Of a stretch of 64,000 nucleotides of DNA, positions 17,146 through 28,138 are shown piece by piece (the first letter of the stretch is position 1; every line of letters starts with the position of its first letter). Source of the DNA: Dehalococcoidia bacterium (lineage in GTDB: Bacteria > Chloroflexota > Dehalococcoidia > UBA2979); the NCBI GenBank assembly GCA_964291495.2, contig OZ219871.1:832001-896000 (forward strand), in the 5' to 3' direction. A program made the position numbers and the translations under genes. The notes beneath the pieces are model-generated. The model was not told the DNA's origin, searched no databases, and was given only the letters and a program-made list of their open reading frames with translations.

Positions 17146-18729
17146 ATGCGAGCGATCGTCTATTCACGCGTGTCGACCGACACACAAGAGCGCGACGGCA
17201 CTTCACTTGATACGCAGGAGCGCGCGTGCGTCGAACTCGCCGAGGACCGTGGGTGGCGCGTAGTGCGCTGCGTCCGCGACGCCGCCAGCGGAGGGGCGCT
17301 GGAGCGCGACGGCCTGGACGAACTGCGGGCGGCGTTGCAGCGGGGTGAGGCTGACGTCGTCGTCGCGTACGCGGTTGACCGCCTGTCGCGGAGCCAGAAC
17401 CACATCGGGATCCTGTTCGACGAGTTCGAGCGCGCCGAGGCGCGCCTCGAGTTCGTGACCGAGCGCTTCGAGGACACCGCGGTCGGGCGCTTCATCCTCG
17501 CCGCGCGCGCGTTCATCGCCGAAGTGGAGCGCGAGAAGATCGCGGAGCGGACCATGCGCGGCAAGGAAGAGCGAGCGAAGAGCGGGCGTATCCCCCAGGC
17601 GTTCGGCCGGGGCTGCTACGGGTACACGTACAACCCGGAGACCGGGCGCCGCGAGATCGATCCCTATCAGGCGGCGGTCGTCGGCCGGATCTTCGTGCGG
17701 TACGCGGCCAGCCGCAGCTTCTCGACCGTGGCCAACGAACTCAACGACGCCGGCATCCCTGCCTTCTCGGGAGGGCGCTGGTACGGGATCACGATTAGAC
17801 GAATGCTCCTCAACGAGGCGTACATCGGCCGCACTGTGTATCGCAGAACGAAGCGGGTGCGAGTGCGCGCTGCGGGAGCGCGCAGGCGCACCCGCGTGAT
17901 CGAGCGGCCCGAAGAGGAGCACATCGAGATTCCTGGCGCGACCCCGCCGATCGTTGACACCGAACTCTGGGATCGCGTTCAGGCGATCCTCAACGACCCC
18001 GAGCGAACGAATCGGCGCTCCACCGCGAAGCGCCAGTACATGCTGAGTGGCCGGCTGCGCTGCGGGCTCTGCAGCAGCGCGATGGTAGGGCAGACGCTCA
18101 CCTCGAAGGGTAAGACCTACTCGTACTACCGCTGCCGGCACGCCTACACCCGAGTCACCGGCCACCGCTGCGAGTCCCGCTACATCCGGGCGGAGGCGCT
18201 TGAGCAGGGGACTAGGGCTGAGGTGCGCAGTGTGCTCACCGAGCCCGAGCTTGTCCTGCGCGAGCAGCGCCGACTTGGCGAGACCGCACCCGACCCTGAG
18301 GAAGTCGAGCGGCTGGAGTCGGAGATGACCTCGCTGCGGAAGCGAGAGGAGCGGCTCGTTCGGCTCTTCGGCTACGACGAGGTGGACGGCGACGTAGTGC
18401 GTTCTGAACTTCGCCAGTTGCAGGGTCAGCGCGAGCTTCTCGCCAGCGAAATGGACGCCCTCACAGGTGTGGGGTCAGCGCTCGGTGCGGACGTTGACGA
18501 GGGTGACCTCAGACGGACCTGTGGCGCGATCGCAGAGCTCCTGGACGGCGCCGGACCGGAGGATCAGGACCTTGTCCTAGAGACGGTTCAGCTACAGATC
18601 ACGGCAACTCGCGATGAAGTGACGCTGGAAGGCGTTCTCCCGGTCGACGCGCCAGAATCTATCAGAACACCTCGTAAATCTAGTCAAAACGACCAGAAGT
18701 TTATCACCATTGAACAAACATCGGCATGA
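17146..18729 (+). CDS. Large serine recombinase (integrase)
   Basis: YSRVST catalytic motif, DRLSR, recombinase domain, zinc ribbon CGLC...YYRC...C, coiled coil. Confidence 0.95.
   Translation: MRAIVYSRVSTDTQERDGTSLDTQERACVELAEDRGWRVVRCVRDAASGGALERDGLDELRAALQRGEADVVVAYAVDRLSRSQNHIGILFDEFERAEARLEFVTERFEDTAVGRFILAARAFIAEVEREKIAERTMRGKEERAKSGRIPQAFGRGCYGYTYNPETGRREIDPYQAAVVGRIFVRYAASRSFSTVANELNDAGIPAFSGGRWYGITIRRMLLNEAYIGRTVYRRTKRVRVRAAGARRRTRVIERPEEEHIEIPGATPPIVDTELWDRVQAILNDPERTNRRSTAKRQYMLSGRLRCGLCSSAMVGQTLTSKGKTYSYYRCRHAYTRVTGHRCESRYIRAEALEQGTRAEVRSVLTEPELVLREQRRLGETAPDPEEVERLESEMTSLRKREERLVRLFGYDEVDGDVVRSELRQLQGQRELLASEMDALTGVGSALGADVDEGDLRRTCGAIAELLDGAGPEDQDLVLETVQLQITATRDEVTLEGVLPVDAPESIRTPRKSSQNDQKFITIEQTSA
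18701..18729. other. Putative att junction within the dnaN 3' end
   Basis: Integrase and dnaN overlap antisense by 26 bp; last dnaN codons TTT GTT CAA are AT-ending, unlike the rest of the gene. Confidence 0.65.
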
Positions 18730-19837
18730 CGACGTGGGTGTAGCGGTCGTCGCCGACGGGGCGGAGAACGCCGGGGCTTGAGGGGGAGCTGGTCTCGACG
18801 GCGACGCGGTCGGCGTCGAGGACCTGCAGGACCTCGGTGAGGTAGCGGCTGTTGAAGGCGATCTTTGCCTCCTCGCCGTCGACGATGGCGTCCAGCTCGC
18901 CTTCGTTATTGCCCAGCTCCTCGGCGCGCGCGGTGATCAGCAGCCGGCCGGGCGCTCCATCCTCGCCCGGCGTGGCGACGAGCCGCACGATGCCGGACCC
19001 GTCGCGCGCGAAGATCGAGGCGATGCGCGTCTCACGCATGAACTCAGCGACGGCGATTTCGGTTCGCGTCGCGTGCGCGCTGGGAATCAGCTGGTCGTAG
19101 TTGGGGAAGGTGCCCTGAAGCAGCGTGGCGCTGAGCGTCGCGTGGCCGAGGTCGAAGAGCACCTGCGTGCCGACGGCGTTGAAGCGCATCTCGACCGGCT
19201 CGTCGACCTCCGCGAGCATCCGCGCCAGTTCGCCGAGGGCGCGCGCCGGCACGATCGCCTCCCGCTCGGGAGGACTGCCCTCAAGCTCCATCGTGTGGAC
19301 GGCGAGGCGGAAGCCGTCGGCGGCGGCGAGGCGCAGCTGCGACCCCTTGATTCCGAAGTGGACGCCGGTGAGCACCGGCCTCGAGTTGTCGGTCGCGGCG
19401 GCGAAGACCACCTGGTTGATCGCCCGGCGCAGCGCGGTCGGGTCGAGGGCGAGCGAGTCTCCGTCCTCGACGGGCGGAATGGGCGGGAAGTCGTCGGCGC
19501 TCTGGCCGCCGATGGAGGCCTCGTTGCGAGCGCAGGAGAGGCTGACCTGGCGCGAGCGTTCGGCAAGCGAGAGGTTGATCGGCTGCTGGGGAAGCGAGGC
19601 CACGAAGTCGGAGAGCAGCCGCGAGGGGAGCGTGATCGCCCCGGATTCCTCGATGTCGGAGGCGATCGTGTAGGTGATCGCGATCGTCTCGGCGTCGGTG
19701 GCCGAGAGCGTGAGATTCGAGTCGCCTGAATCGAGCAGGATGTGACCGGCGATGGGGAGGGACGAGCGCGCGGGTACGGCGCGCGAAACGGCGCTGAGCC
19801 CCCGGTGGAGGTCCTCTTGCTGGACCGTAAGCTGCAT
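18704..19837 (-). CDS. dnaN: DNA polymerase III beta sliding clamp
   Basis: SRPVLTGV, AADGFRLA, GTFPNY, IAFNSRYL, VVMPM motifs; 377 aa. Confidence 0.97.
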   Translation of the reverse strand: MQLTVQQEDLHRGLSAVSRAVPARSSLPIAGHILLDSGDSNLTLSATDAETIAITYTIASDIEESGAITLPSRLLSDFVASLPQQPINLSLAERSRQVSLSCARNEASIGGQSADDFPPIPPVEDGDSLALDPTALRRAINQVVFAAATDNSRPVLTGVHFGIKGSQLRLAAADGFRLAVHTMELEGSPPEREAIVPARALGELARMLAEVDEPVEMRFNAVGTQVLFDLGHATLSATLLQGTFPNYDQLIPSAHATRTEIAVAEFMRETRIASIFARDGSGIVRLVATPGEDGAPGRLLITARAEELGNNEGELDAIVDGEEAKIAFNSRYLTEVLQVLDADRVAVETSSPSSPGVLRPVGDDRYTHVVMPMFVQW

Positions 19838-19925
19838 AGGCGAGTCCGCCTCGCCAAACCGATCAAGCGCTGCGCGCGTGAGCCCGCCACGCGAGTATAC
19901 GGGTGAGCACTCGCCGAGGCAATGC

Positions 19926-20295
19926 GCCCCCCTCTCCCCGAGGAGACATCTGCGAAACTCCCACAAGCCCGATCCGGCTCCCTCTCCCTGGGGAGAGGGC
20001 GGGGGTGAGGGGAGGACTCCCGCGCGCCTCCGAGAGCCCCGATGGCGCAATGCAATCCCGGAGGGCGGACCCTCCCTCACCCTAACCCTCTCCCTCGGGG
20101 AGAGGGCACCGGAGGGGGGCGCGACGGGCCCTCGAGGGCGGATCCGGCCCCCTCGGGGTGCTCCGTCGTTCGGCCGCCAAAAGCAGAGCCGGAATCCCCC
20201 TCACCCTAACCCTCTCCCGCCGGGGGAGAGGGGATCGAAGGGGGCACCCGGGATCGCCCTCACCCTATCCCTCTCCCTCGGGGAGAGGGGACCGG
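19926..20295. repeat. Cluster of BoxC-like palindromic repeats (4 full + 1 partial)
   Basis: CCCTCACCC(TAA/CCG)CCCTCTCCC-n-GGGAGAGGG units at ~19980, 20074, 20198, 20257. Confidence 0.85.
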
Positions 20296-20303
20296 AGGGA
20301 GCG

Positions 20304-21623
20304 CTACGCCTCGGAGGCGGCCTCGCGGAGGGCGGTGGCTACGGCCTCGATGGTGCGCTCGATCAGCGCCTCGTCGTGGGCGAGGGAGACGAACCAGGCC
20401 TCGAACTGCGAGGGCGGCAGCATGACGCCACGGTCGAGCAGCGCGCGGTGGAAACGGGCGAAGCGCGCCGTGTCGCTCTCCGCCGCCTCGGCGTAGTCGC
20501 GAGGGGCCTCAGAGCGGAAGAAGCCGGTCAGCGCCGATCCGACGCGCGCGACCGCGAAGGGCACGCCCGCCTCGCGCGCCGCCGCGGCGACGCCGTCCTC
20601 GAGCCGTGCGCCGAGCGCCTCGAGGCGTGCGTAGGCGGTCTCGTCGGCCTGCAGCGTGCGCAGCGTCGCGAGGCCGGCGGCGGTCGCCAGCGGGTTGCCG
20701 GAGAGCGTGCCGGCCTGGTAGACGCCGCCGGCCGGGGCCATCTGCTCCAGCAGCTCGCGCGGGCCGCCGTAGGCGCCGACGGGCAGGCCGCCGCCGATCA
20801 CCTTGCCGAGCGTGGTGAGGTCCGGACGCACGCCGTAGCGACCCTGCGCGCCGGACCAGCCGACGCGGAAGCCGGTGATCACCTCGTCGAAGACGAGCAG
20901 CGCGCCGTGCGCGTCGCAGAGCCGCCGCAGCGCCTCGAGGTAGCCGTCGCGCGGCGGGACCACGCCCATGTTACCGGCGACGGGCTCGACGATGACGGCG
21001 GCGACGGCGTCCGGGTGCGCCTCGAAGATCGCCTCGACGGCCGAGACGTCGTTGTAGGGGGCGAGCAGCGTCTGCGCGGCGAAGGCGGCGGGCACGCCGG
21101 GCGAGTCCGGCAGCCCGAGGGTGGCGACGCCCGAGCCGGCGGCGGCGAGCAGGCCGTCGGAGTGGCCGTGGTAGCCGCCCTCGAACTTCACGATCAGGTC
21201 GCGCCCGGTGGCGGCGCGGGCGAGCCGCAGCGCGCTCATCACCGCCTCGGTGCCGGAGTTGACGAAGCGCACCATCTCCACCGAGGGCAGCGCCTCGACG
21301 ATCAGCTCGGCGAGCTCCAGCTCGGCCTCCGTCGGCGCGCCGAACGAGGTGCCGCGCGCCGCCGCCTGCCCCACCGCCTCGACGACGGCCGGGTGGGCGT
21401 GGCCGAGGATCAGCGGGCCGAACGATCCGAGGTAATCGACGTACTCGTTGCCGTCGGCGTCGGCGACGATCGCGCCCGCGCCGCGGTCGAGCACGACGGG
21501 GTCGCCGCCGACGGCGCGGTAGGCGCGCGCCGGCGAGTTGACGCCGCCGGGGAGCACCTCGCGCGCCCGCGCCATCAGCGCGCGCGAGCGTTCGAGCGAG
21601 CGGCCGCCGGCCTCGGCGCTCAC
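20304..21623 (-). CDS. hemL: Glutamate-1-semialdehyde 2,1-aminomutase
   Basis: [34 protein letters not shown]. Confidence 0.97.
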   Translation of the reverse strand: MSAEAGGRSLERSRALMARAREVLPGGVNSPARAYRAVGGDPVVLDRGAGAIVADADGNEYVDYLGSFGPLILGHAHPAVVEAVGQAAARGTSFGAPTEAELELAELIVEALPSVEMVRFVNSGTEAVMSALRLARAATGRDLIVKFEGGYHGHSDGLLAAAGSGVATLGLPDSPGVPAAFAAQTLLAPYNDVSAVEAIFEAHPDAVAAVIVEPVAGNMGVVPPRDGYLEALRRLCDAHGALLVFDEVITGFRVGWSGAQGRYGVRPDLTTLGKVIGGGLPVGAYGGPRELLEQMAPAGGVYQAGTLSGNPLATAAGLATLRTLQADETAYARLEALGARLEDGVAAAAREAGVPFAVARVGSALTGFFRSEAPRDYAEAAESDTARFARFHRALLDRGVMLPPSQFEAWFVSLAHDEALIERTIEAVATALREAASEA

Positions 21624-22426
21624 GAGGCGACCACGCTCGGAAGGGGCACGCCAAGCGCCTCCGCCAGCTCGGGGAGCGTGTCGATGGCGAGTGCCGGCCT
21701 CGGCAGATCCTCTGCCAACTCGGCGTCCTCGCTGCGGCGCACCCACGCGACGGGCAGCCCGGCGTTGCTGGCGCCCATCACATCGGCCTGCGGGGAGTCG
21801 CCGACGTAGAGCACCTCGGCGGGCTCGCACGCAAGGCGCAGGCAGGTGTCCCGGAAGACCGAGCGATGCGGCTTGTAGGCGCGCAGCGACTCGGAGCTGT
21901 GGATCACGGAGAAGCGCAGGCGGTTGTGCGAGACGGCGCTCTGCAGGAAGTCCTCGTCGGCGTTCGAGAGCAGGGCGAGGCGGTAGCCCGCGGCGTCGAG
22001 GGCGTCGAGCACCTCGCGCGTGCCGGGGTAGGCCGGAGCGTGGCTCAGCACCTCGCGGAAGTGGGTCGCGCCGGCGGCCGGGTCGCCCTCAAGGCCCTGG
22101 TCGTCGAAGACCCAGGCGAACTGGCGCCGCCAGATCTCCCAGGTGGTGATGAACTCGGGCACGGGGCCGTCGAGCATGTACTCGCGGTCCGGCTTGCCCT
22201 CGTCGTCGACGCGGTCGCCCCAGGGGCTGACGCTGTTCCAGGCCTTCTCGAAGCTCTTGGCGGTCGCCTCGAAGTCCTCGACGGCGAGGCCTTGCTGGTC
22301 GAGCGCCTGGCGCAGCGCGGCGCGGAAGTCCCAGTCGAGCAGGGTGCCGTAGCCGTCGAAGGCCACGGCGCGGATCGCGCCGGGGTCGAGGGCAGGCGCA
22401 GCCGAGGCGCCGTCGTCGCTCGTCAC
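21620..22426 (-). CDS. HAD-family hydrolase
   Basis: [18 protein letters not shown] motifs. Confidence 0.85.
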   Translation of the reverse strand: MTSDDGASAAPALDPGAIRAVAFDGYGTLLDWDFRAALRQALDQQGLAVEDFEATAKSFEKAWNSVSPWGDRVDDEGKPDREYMLDGPVPEFITTWEIWRRQFAWVFDDQGLEGDPAAGATHFREVLSHAPAYPGTREVLDALDAAGYRLALLSNADEDFLQSAVSHNRLRFSVIHSSESLRAYKPHRSVFRDTCLRLACEPAEVLYVGDSPQADVMGASNAGLPVAWVRRSEDAELAEDLPRPALAIDTLPELAEALGVPLPSVVAS

Positions 22427-23421
22427 CGCGTCTCGCGTAGCCAGCGCGCCGCCTCCTTCGCGTGGTACGTGAGCAGGATGTCGGCGCCGGCGCGGCGGAT
22501 CGAGGTCAGCGCCTCGAGGACGGCGCCGCGCTCGTCGATCCAGCCATTGGCGGCCGCCGCCTTCAACATCGCGTACTCGCCGGAGACGTTGTACGCCGCA
22601 AGCGGCAGTTCGGTCGAGTCCCGCACCGCGCGCACCACGTCGAGGTAGGCGAGCGCGGGCTTCACCATGACGATGTCGGCCTGCTCCTCGATGTCGATCG
22701 CGACCTCGCGGACGGCCTCGCGCACGTTGGGCGGATCCATCTGGTAGCCGCGGCGGTCGCCGAACTGCGGGGCGGAGTCGGCGGCCTCGCGGAAGGGGCC
22801 GTAGAAGGCGGAGGCGTACTTCGCGCTGTAGGCCATGATCGGCAGCTGCGCGAAGCCGGACTCGTCGAGCGCCGCGCGGATCGCGGCGACCCGCCCGTCC
22901 ATCATGTCCGAGGGCGCGACCATGTCCACGCCCGCCTCGGCGAGCGAGACCGAGGTCTGGGCAAGCAGCTCGATCGCGGCGTCGTTCTCCACCTCGCCAC
23001 GGGCGTTGATCGGGCCGCAGTGGCCGTGGTCGGTGTACTCGCAGAGGCAGACGTCGGCGATCACGGCCAGCGAGGGGTCGGCCTGCTTGAGCGCCTCGAT
23101 GGCGCGCTGCGTGATGCCGTCGGTCGCCCAGGCGCCGCTGCCCTCGGCGTCCTTGTAGTCGGGCACGCCGAAGAGCAGCACCGCGCGCACGCCGAGCTCG
23201 TGCAGCTCGGCGGCCTCGGCGGCGAGCATGTCGGTGGAGAGCCGCGCCTGCCCGGGCATCGACTCGATCGGCTGCCGCACGCCTGAGCCCTCGGTGACGA
23301 AGAGCGGGTAGACGAAGGAGGCCGGGTCGAGGCGCGTCTCGCGCACGAGCCCGCGCAGCGCCTCGCTACTGCGCAGCCTCCTCGTACGCGCGAAGTCCCG
23401 CGTGCGCGTCGCGATGGTCAT
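22423..23421 (-). CDS. hemB: Porphobilinogen synthase
   Basis: [34 protein letters not shown]. Confidence 0.97.
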   Translation of the reverse strand: MTIATRTRDFARTRRLRSSEALRGLVRETRLDPASFVYPLFVTEGSGVRQPIESMPGQARLSTDMLAAEAAELHELGVRAVLLFGVPDYKDAEGSGAWATDGITQRAIEALKQADPSLAVIADVCLCEYTDHGHCGPINARGEVENDAAIELLAQTSVSLAEAGVDMVAPSDMMDGRVAAIRAALDESGFAQLPIMAYSAKYASAFYGPFREAADSAPQFGDRRGYQMDPPNVREAVREVAIDIEEQADIVMVKPALAYLDVVRAVRDSTELPLAAYNVSGEYAMLKAAAANGWIDERGAVLEALTSIRRAGADILLTYHAKEAARWLRETR

Positions 23422-24407
23422 GAGGCAGCCTCCTCTGTGGTGGCGGCGAGGGCTTCGAGGTCGAGGGCTCGAATGCGCGGCTCAAACGCACTGTGGAACC
23501 TAGGGAGCAGTTCGACAGCCCACTGCTTGAACTCTTCGAGCTCCTCGGGCGGCGAGCCGATGGTGCCGGGTCGGCCAGCGAACACCCGTGAAGCGAGGCG
23601 ATCGTAGTTGTGGCGGTCCCACTCCAATGGCTGCCCGACTTCGGTATCGACGGCGTCTTGCTCCTCACGGAGTCGATCAAAGGCTGCCTCGTTGACGGCG
23701 CGGCTGGCCGTCTCAATCACCATCTCGACTTCAAAGTGCTTCCGCTGAAACGTCGTGGCAAGCCGGAAACTAGTGTGCCCGATTCGTGGGAATGTGATGA
23801 ACGCGCCACGGCGAGCACGCGGCGGGGGAAACGCCGGACTCGCAGCACGGAGGCGTCGCAGCAAGTCATCGTTGAACTCACGGAAGCCGGATTGGCCTTC
23901 GTCCGATCGTGCAGCCGTACGCCGGAGGTCTCTCTGGAACTCGCTGGGCTCGGCAACGACGCTGAAGCGCGGTGCGGGCAACGAGTCGCCGATCCGCCAC
24001 ACCTCTACTTCAACCGCGAAGAACGCGACCGCCTCGCTTGTTCGCTCGTTGAGCCAGTGGACCGCTTCGCGGTGCTCATCACGGACATCCGGACTTATCC
24101 AGACCACGATCCTTGCGTCGAGGCCAGCCGCGTAGGCGAGCAACTGGCCGAGATGTGCATGGTCAGTGCGCTCTAGTTGGTTCTCGACGATGACGACGCG
24201 ATCGCTGTCCGAGACCTTGCCGAGGATGTCAAGGCTGAACGCCCCGACCGCCGCTTCGGTCTGCGTGACCTCGATGTCCAGCCCGAGCGCCTCGCCGAGC
24301 GAATCGATGTGCTCTGCCAGCCACGGCGTGAAGTCGCTCGCCTCGTTGGGCCAGACCTTGCGCGGGTTTACGTTCTCGATGCTGCCAAGTTCCGGCTCTA
24401 CCATCAC
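23418..24407 (-). CDS. DUF4268-containing PD-(D/E)XK-like protein
   Basis: [34 protein letters not shown]. Confidence 0.7.
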   Translation of the reverse strand: MMVEPELGSIENVNPRKVWPNEASDFTPWLAEHIDSLGEALGLDIEVTQTEAAVGAFSLDILGKVSDSDRVVIVENQLERTDHAHLGQLLAYAAGLDARIVVWISPDVRDEHREAVHWLNERTSEAVAFFAVEVEVWRIGDSLPAPRFSVVAEPSEFQRDLRRTAARSDEGQSGFREFNDDLLRRLRAASPAFPPPRARRGAFITFPRIGHTSFRLATTFQRKHFEVEMVIETASRAVNEAAFDRLREEQDAVDTEVGQPLEWDRHNYDRLASRVFAGRPGTIGSPPEELEEFKQWAVELLPRFHSAFEPRIRALDLEALAATTEEAAS

Positions 24408-25942
24408 ACCCTCCCCGCCGCATATCTTCGCAGCGCAGCCACGAGGGCGTCGACCGAGGCGTGGTCGGCGACGGCCTGCGGGGGCAGGCCCGCCTCGACC
24501 GCGGCCTCGGCGGTCTGCGGGCCGATGCAGGCGACGACGGCGGCTCGCAAGGCGTCGAGGTCGCCGCCGAGCAGCGTGGCGAGGTTGCGCACGGTGGAGG
24601 AGGAGGTGAACGTCACCGCCTCGATCTCGCCGGCGTGCAGCGCGGCCAGCACTTCCGGTGGCGGGTCGGCCGGCGGCGCCGCGAGGTAGAGCGTGACCTC
24701 GTCGACCGAGGCGCCCCCTGCACGCAGGCGCTCGACCAGCGCCGGGTCGGCGCGCTCGGCGCGCGGCACGAGCACGCGCGCGCCCTCGATGCCTCGCTCC
24801 AGCAGCGCGTCCGCGACGCCCGTGCCGCTCGCGCGCTCCGGCAGCAGGTCCGGCGACAGCCCGTGCGCCTCGAGGGCGCGCGCCGTCGCAGCGCCGACGG
24901 CGGCGATACTCGCCCCGGCGAAGAGCCGCGCGTCTTGGCCCGCCTCGCGCACGAGGTCGAACCAGGCCTCGACGGCGTTGCCGGAGGTGAAGGCGACCCA
25001 GTCGTAGTCGCCCTCACGCAGCGCCTCGATGGCGGCTCGCACGGCCTCTGGGTCGGCGCGGCGCGAGATCTCGATCGCGGGCAGCAGCACGGGCTCGGCG
25101 CCCTCGGCGCGCAGCGCCTCGGCGAGGCTCGAGGCCTGGCGGCGCGTGCGCGTGACCAGCACCCGCCAGCCCGCCAGCGGGCGGCGCAGCGCCGGCGCGA
25201 GCCGCTCGCGCAGTGCGACCACCTCGCCGACGACGAGCAGCGCGGGGGGCTGCACCCCGGCCTCGCGCGCCGCCTCGGCGATGCAATCGAGCCGCGCCTC
25301 AACGACGCGCTGGCGCGGCGTCGTTGCCTCGACGATCAGCGCGCTCGGCGTCGCGGGCGGGCGGCCGCCCTCGATCAGCGCGCGGGCGATGCCCTCGAGG
25401 CGGCCGACGCCCATCAGCACGACGAGCGTGTCGACCGCCGTGGCGAGCTCCGCCCAGCGCACCTGCGCGGCGGGCTTGGTGGGGTCCTCGTGGCCGGTGA
25501 CGACGGCGAAGCTGGCGGCGACGCCGCGGTGGGTGACGGGGATGCCGGCCGCCGCGACGCCCCCGATCGCTGAGGTCACGCCCGGCACGACGGTCGCCTC
25601 GAGGCCCGCGTCCGCGAGCGCCTCGAGCTCCTCGCCGCCGCGCCCGAAGACGAAGGGGTCGCCACCCTTGAGGCGCACGACGCGCCTGCCCGCGCGGGCC
25701 TGGGCGACGAGCGCGGCGTTGATCTCGTCCTGCGTCATTGCCGAGCCGCCGGGCGCCTTGCCTGCGTCGATCAGCTCCGCCTCGGAGGCGCACTCCGCAA
25801 GCAGCTCGGCAGTTCCGAGGCGGTCGTACAGCACGACCTCGGCCTGGCGCAGCGCCTCGAGGCCTCCCTGCGTCACGAGACCGGGGTCGCCGGGCCCCGC
25901 GCCGATCAGCCAGACGTGTCCGGCCTCGCCCCCCGCGCTCAT
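24404..25942 (-). CDS. cobA: Uroporphyrinogen-III C-methyltransferase / uroporphyrinogen-III synthase fusion
   Basis: IGAGPGDP, RLKGGDPFVFGRGGEE; C-terminal HemD domain (VLVTR, FTS.N.V, FTSSSTV). Confidence 0.93.
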   Translation of the reverse strand: MSAGGEAGHVWLIGAGPGDPGLVTQGGLEALRQAEVVLYDRLGTAELLAECASEAELIDAGKAPGGSAMTQDEINAALVAQARAGRRVVRLKGGDPFVFGRGGEELEALADAGLEATVVPGVTSAIGGVAAAGIPVTHRGVAASFAVVTGHEDPTKPAAQVRWAELATAVDTLVVLMGVGRLEGIARALIEGGRPPATPSALIVEATTPRQRVVEARLDCIAEAAREAGVQPPALLVVGEVVALRERLAPALRRPLAGWRVLVTRTRRQASSLAEALRAEGAEPVLLPAIEISRRADPEAVRAAIEALREGDYDWVAFTSGNAVEAWFDLVREAGQDARLFAGASIAAVGAATARALEAHGLSPDLLPERASGTGVADALLERGIEGARVLVPRAERADPALVERLRAGGASVDEVTLYLAAPPADPPPEVLAALHAGEIEAVTFTSSSTVRNLATLLGGDLDALRAAVVACIGPQTAEAAVEAGLPPQAVADHASVDALVAALRRYAAGRV

Positions 25943-26849
25943 CGCGCGCCGTCCTCGGTGACACCCCCGGCGCCAAGCTGCGCCGCGAGGCCGCGGCCGA
26001 GCGCCTCGGCTTCGTCCGCCGGTCCGGCGGCGTCGCCGAAGCTCGCCCCTTCGCCGTCCTCGTCGCCGATCATGGCGCGCAGGGCGAGCAGGCCGTCGGC
26101 GATCTGCGCGTAGGCGCCGACGGGCACGGAGCAGCCGCTGCCCAGCTCGGCGAGGACGCCGCGCTCGGCCTCGACGGCCGCGCGCGTGGCGGCGTCGTCG
26201 ATGCCCGCCAGCAGCTCGCGCGTCGCCGCGTCGTCGCTGCGGCACTGCACGGCGAGCGCGCCCTGCCCGGGTGAGGGCAGGAACTCCATCGGCTCGAACA
26301 GCTGCGTCGCCTCCTCGAGCCGTTCGAGGCGCGCGAGGCCGGCCGCCGCGAGCACGACGGCGTCGTACTCGCCGCTCTCCACCTTGCCGAGGCGGGTGTC
26401 GACGTTGCCGCGGATCGGGCGACCTCGATGTCCGGGCGCAGCGCGCGGAGCAGCAGCGCCCGCCGCCGCGATCCGCTGCCCACGCGCGCCCCCGAGGGCA
26501 GCTCGGCGAGCCGCCGCCCGCCCGAGGCGACGAGGGCGTCGCGAGCGTCGGCGCGCGGCAGGATCGCGGCCAGTGTCAGCTCCTCGATGGCGGCGGTCGG
26601 CACGTCCTTGAGCGAGTGCACGGCGATCTCTGCCCGACCGTCGAGCAGGGCCTGCTCGACCGCCCGCACGAAGACGCCGCGCCCGCCGATCGCCGTGAGC
26701 GGCGAATCGCGGTCGATGTCGCCCTCGGTGCGGACGCGCACGAGCTCGATCTCGATGCCGGGGTGGCGGTCGCGGAGGGCGTCGGCGACGAGCTCGCTCT
26801 GCGCGAGCGCCAGGCGCGATCCGCGCGTGGCGAGGCGCAGCCGCGTCAA
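25939..26849 (-). CDS. hemC: Hydroxymethylbilane synthase, with an apparent 1-bp frameshift near 26420
   Basis: LATRGS.LALAQ and VHSLKD in one frame; IRGNVDTR, PSPGQGAL, GCSVP in another. Confidence 0.9.
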
Positions 26850-28138
26850 GGCGCCGCTGGCGGGTCCGCCGGCTCGTCGAGGCGGAAGAGATGCCGGACC
26901 GCGTCCACGTAGACGTCGCGGTCGCCGCGCTCGCGCAGGGCCGCGATCGGGTCGTGCAGGATGCGGCGCACCAGCGCCTTGGTCATCGCCTCGACGCGCT
27001 CGCGCTCGCCATCGTCGAGGTCGAGCCGCCGCAGGGTGCGCTCCAGCTCGCCTTGCCGCAGCTGCTCTGCCCGCTCGCTGAGCGCGGCAATCGTCGGCGC
27101 GACCTGGAGGTGCTCCCACCATTCGAGGAAGCGCCCCGTCTCCTCCTCGACGAGCCGCTCGACGGCCTGCACCTCTGCGGCGCGCGCGTGCGCGTGGGTG
27201 GCGGCGATCTCCTGCAGGTCGTCGATGTCGCGGTAGGTCACGCCGGGGATAGCGGCGACGCTGGGATCGCAGGCGCGCGGCACACCGATGTCGATGATCA
27301 GCTGCGGGGCGCCCTCGCGGCGCACGAGCGCACTCGCGACGCGGCCGCTGTTCAGCACGGGCTCCGGCGCATCGGTGGCGGCGATCACGACGTCGGCCGC
27401 GGACAGCTCCGCGCCGAGGCTGCCGTACGGCACGCTGCGCCCGCCGAGCTCCTCGGCGAGCGCCTCCGCGCGCGACTCGGTGCGGTTGCTGACGGCGATC
27501 GAGCCGATGCCGTGGTCGACGAGCGAGGCGGCGGCCAGCCTCCCCGCCTCGCCGGCCCCGACGACGAGCACGGCCGCGCCGGCCGGGTCGGCGGTGAGCT
27601 CGCGCGCCTGCTGCGCGGCGATCGAGGAGATCGACAGCGCGCCGTGCCCGATCGCGGTCTCCGTGCGCGCGCGGCGTCCGAGGCGGATGGCGGTGTGGAA
27701 GAGCCGCGAGAGCAGCGCCGTGTCGGCTCCGGCCGCGACCGTCGCCGCGAACGAGGACCGCACCTGCCCGAGGATCTCGGACTCGCCGATCACCATCGAG
27801 TCGATCCCCGCGGCGACGGCGTAGAGGTGGCTGACCGCCTCGGCGTCCCGGCGCGGCAGCAGGTAGCGCTCGCCGAGGTCCGGTTCGGCCCCGGCGGCCT
27901 CGCAGAGGAAGCCCGTCAACTCCTCGGGTGCTTGCTCGCCGGGCACGTAGAGCTCGAGGCGGTTGCAGGTGGCGACGATCGCGCCAGAGCCGAAACGCTC
28001 GGCCACTTCGTGGCGGACGTCCGGCAGTGCCTCCGCGGTGATCGCGAAGCGCTCGCGCACGGACAGCGGCGCGTTGCGGTGGCTGACGCCGACCATCGTG
28101 AGCATCGCGGCCTGGCCCTCGGTTCGTTCGGCGGTCAT
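26846..28138 (-). CDS. hemA: Glutamyl-tRNA reductase
   Basis: TCNR.E, DSMVIGE.EILGQV, GAGE, DIGVPR. Confidence 0.95.
   Translation of the reverse strand: MTAERTEGQAAMLTMVGVSHRNAPLSVRERFAITAEALPDVRHEVAERFGSGAIVATCNRLELYVPGEQAPEELTGFLCEAAGAEPDLGERYLLPRRDAEAVSHLYAVAAGIDSMVIGESEILGQVRSSFAATVAAGADTALLSRLFHTAIRLGRRARTETAIGHGALSISSIAAQQARELTADPAGAAVLVVGAGEAGRLAAASLVDHGIGSIAVSNRTESRAEALAEELGGRSVPYGSLGAELSAADVVIAATDAPEPVLNSGRVASALVRREGAPQLIIDIGVPRACDPSVAAIPGVTYRDIDDLQEIAATHAHARAAEVQAVERLVEEETGRFLEWWEHLQVAPTIAALSERAEQLRQGELERTLRRLDLDDGERERVEAMTKALVRRILHDPIAALRERGDRDVYVDAVRHLFRLDEPADPPAAP

Larger units (their letters stand above)
1..18729. mobile_element. Integrative (probably conjugative/mobilizable) element integrated at the dnaN 3' end; left boundary outside window
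   Basis: Cluster of T4CP-like ATPase, Replic_Relax, ImmA/ImmR-like, tyrosine recombinase and McrBC genes, ending in a large serine recombinase that overlaps the end of dnaN; housekeeping genes resume immediately after. Confidence 0.85.

Noticed and set aside
19838-20080. N-terminal extension of DnaN (458-aa ORF)
   Set aside because: It is translation through the BoxC-like repeat; the same peptide appears at 61 kb; ATG 19837 gives the normal length
19926-20295. Possible CRISPR array
   Set aside because: Units vary in orientation and spacing, occur dispersed elsewhere, and there are no cas genes
19752-21809. Long antisense or alternate-frame ORFs (also 26891-28675, 32996-34786, 54098-55984, and the extension of 48440-51301)
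   Set aside because: Shadow ORFs caused by scarce stop codons in high-GC DNA; Arg/Ala/Gly-rich, no motifs, overlapping confident genes
26410-26425. hemC frameshift as pseudogenisation or programmed frameshifting
   Set aside because: Adding one base to a short G/C run restores an otherwise intact biosynthetic gene; a sequencing indel is more likely
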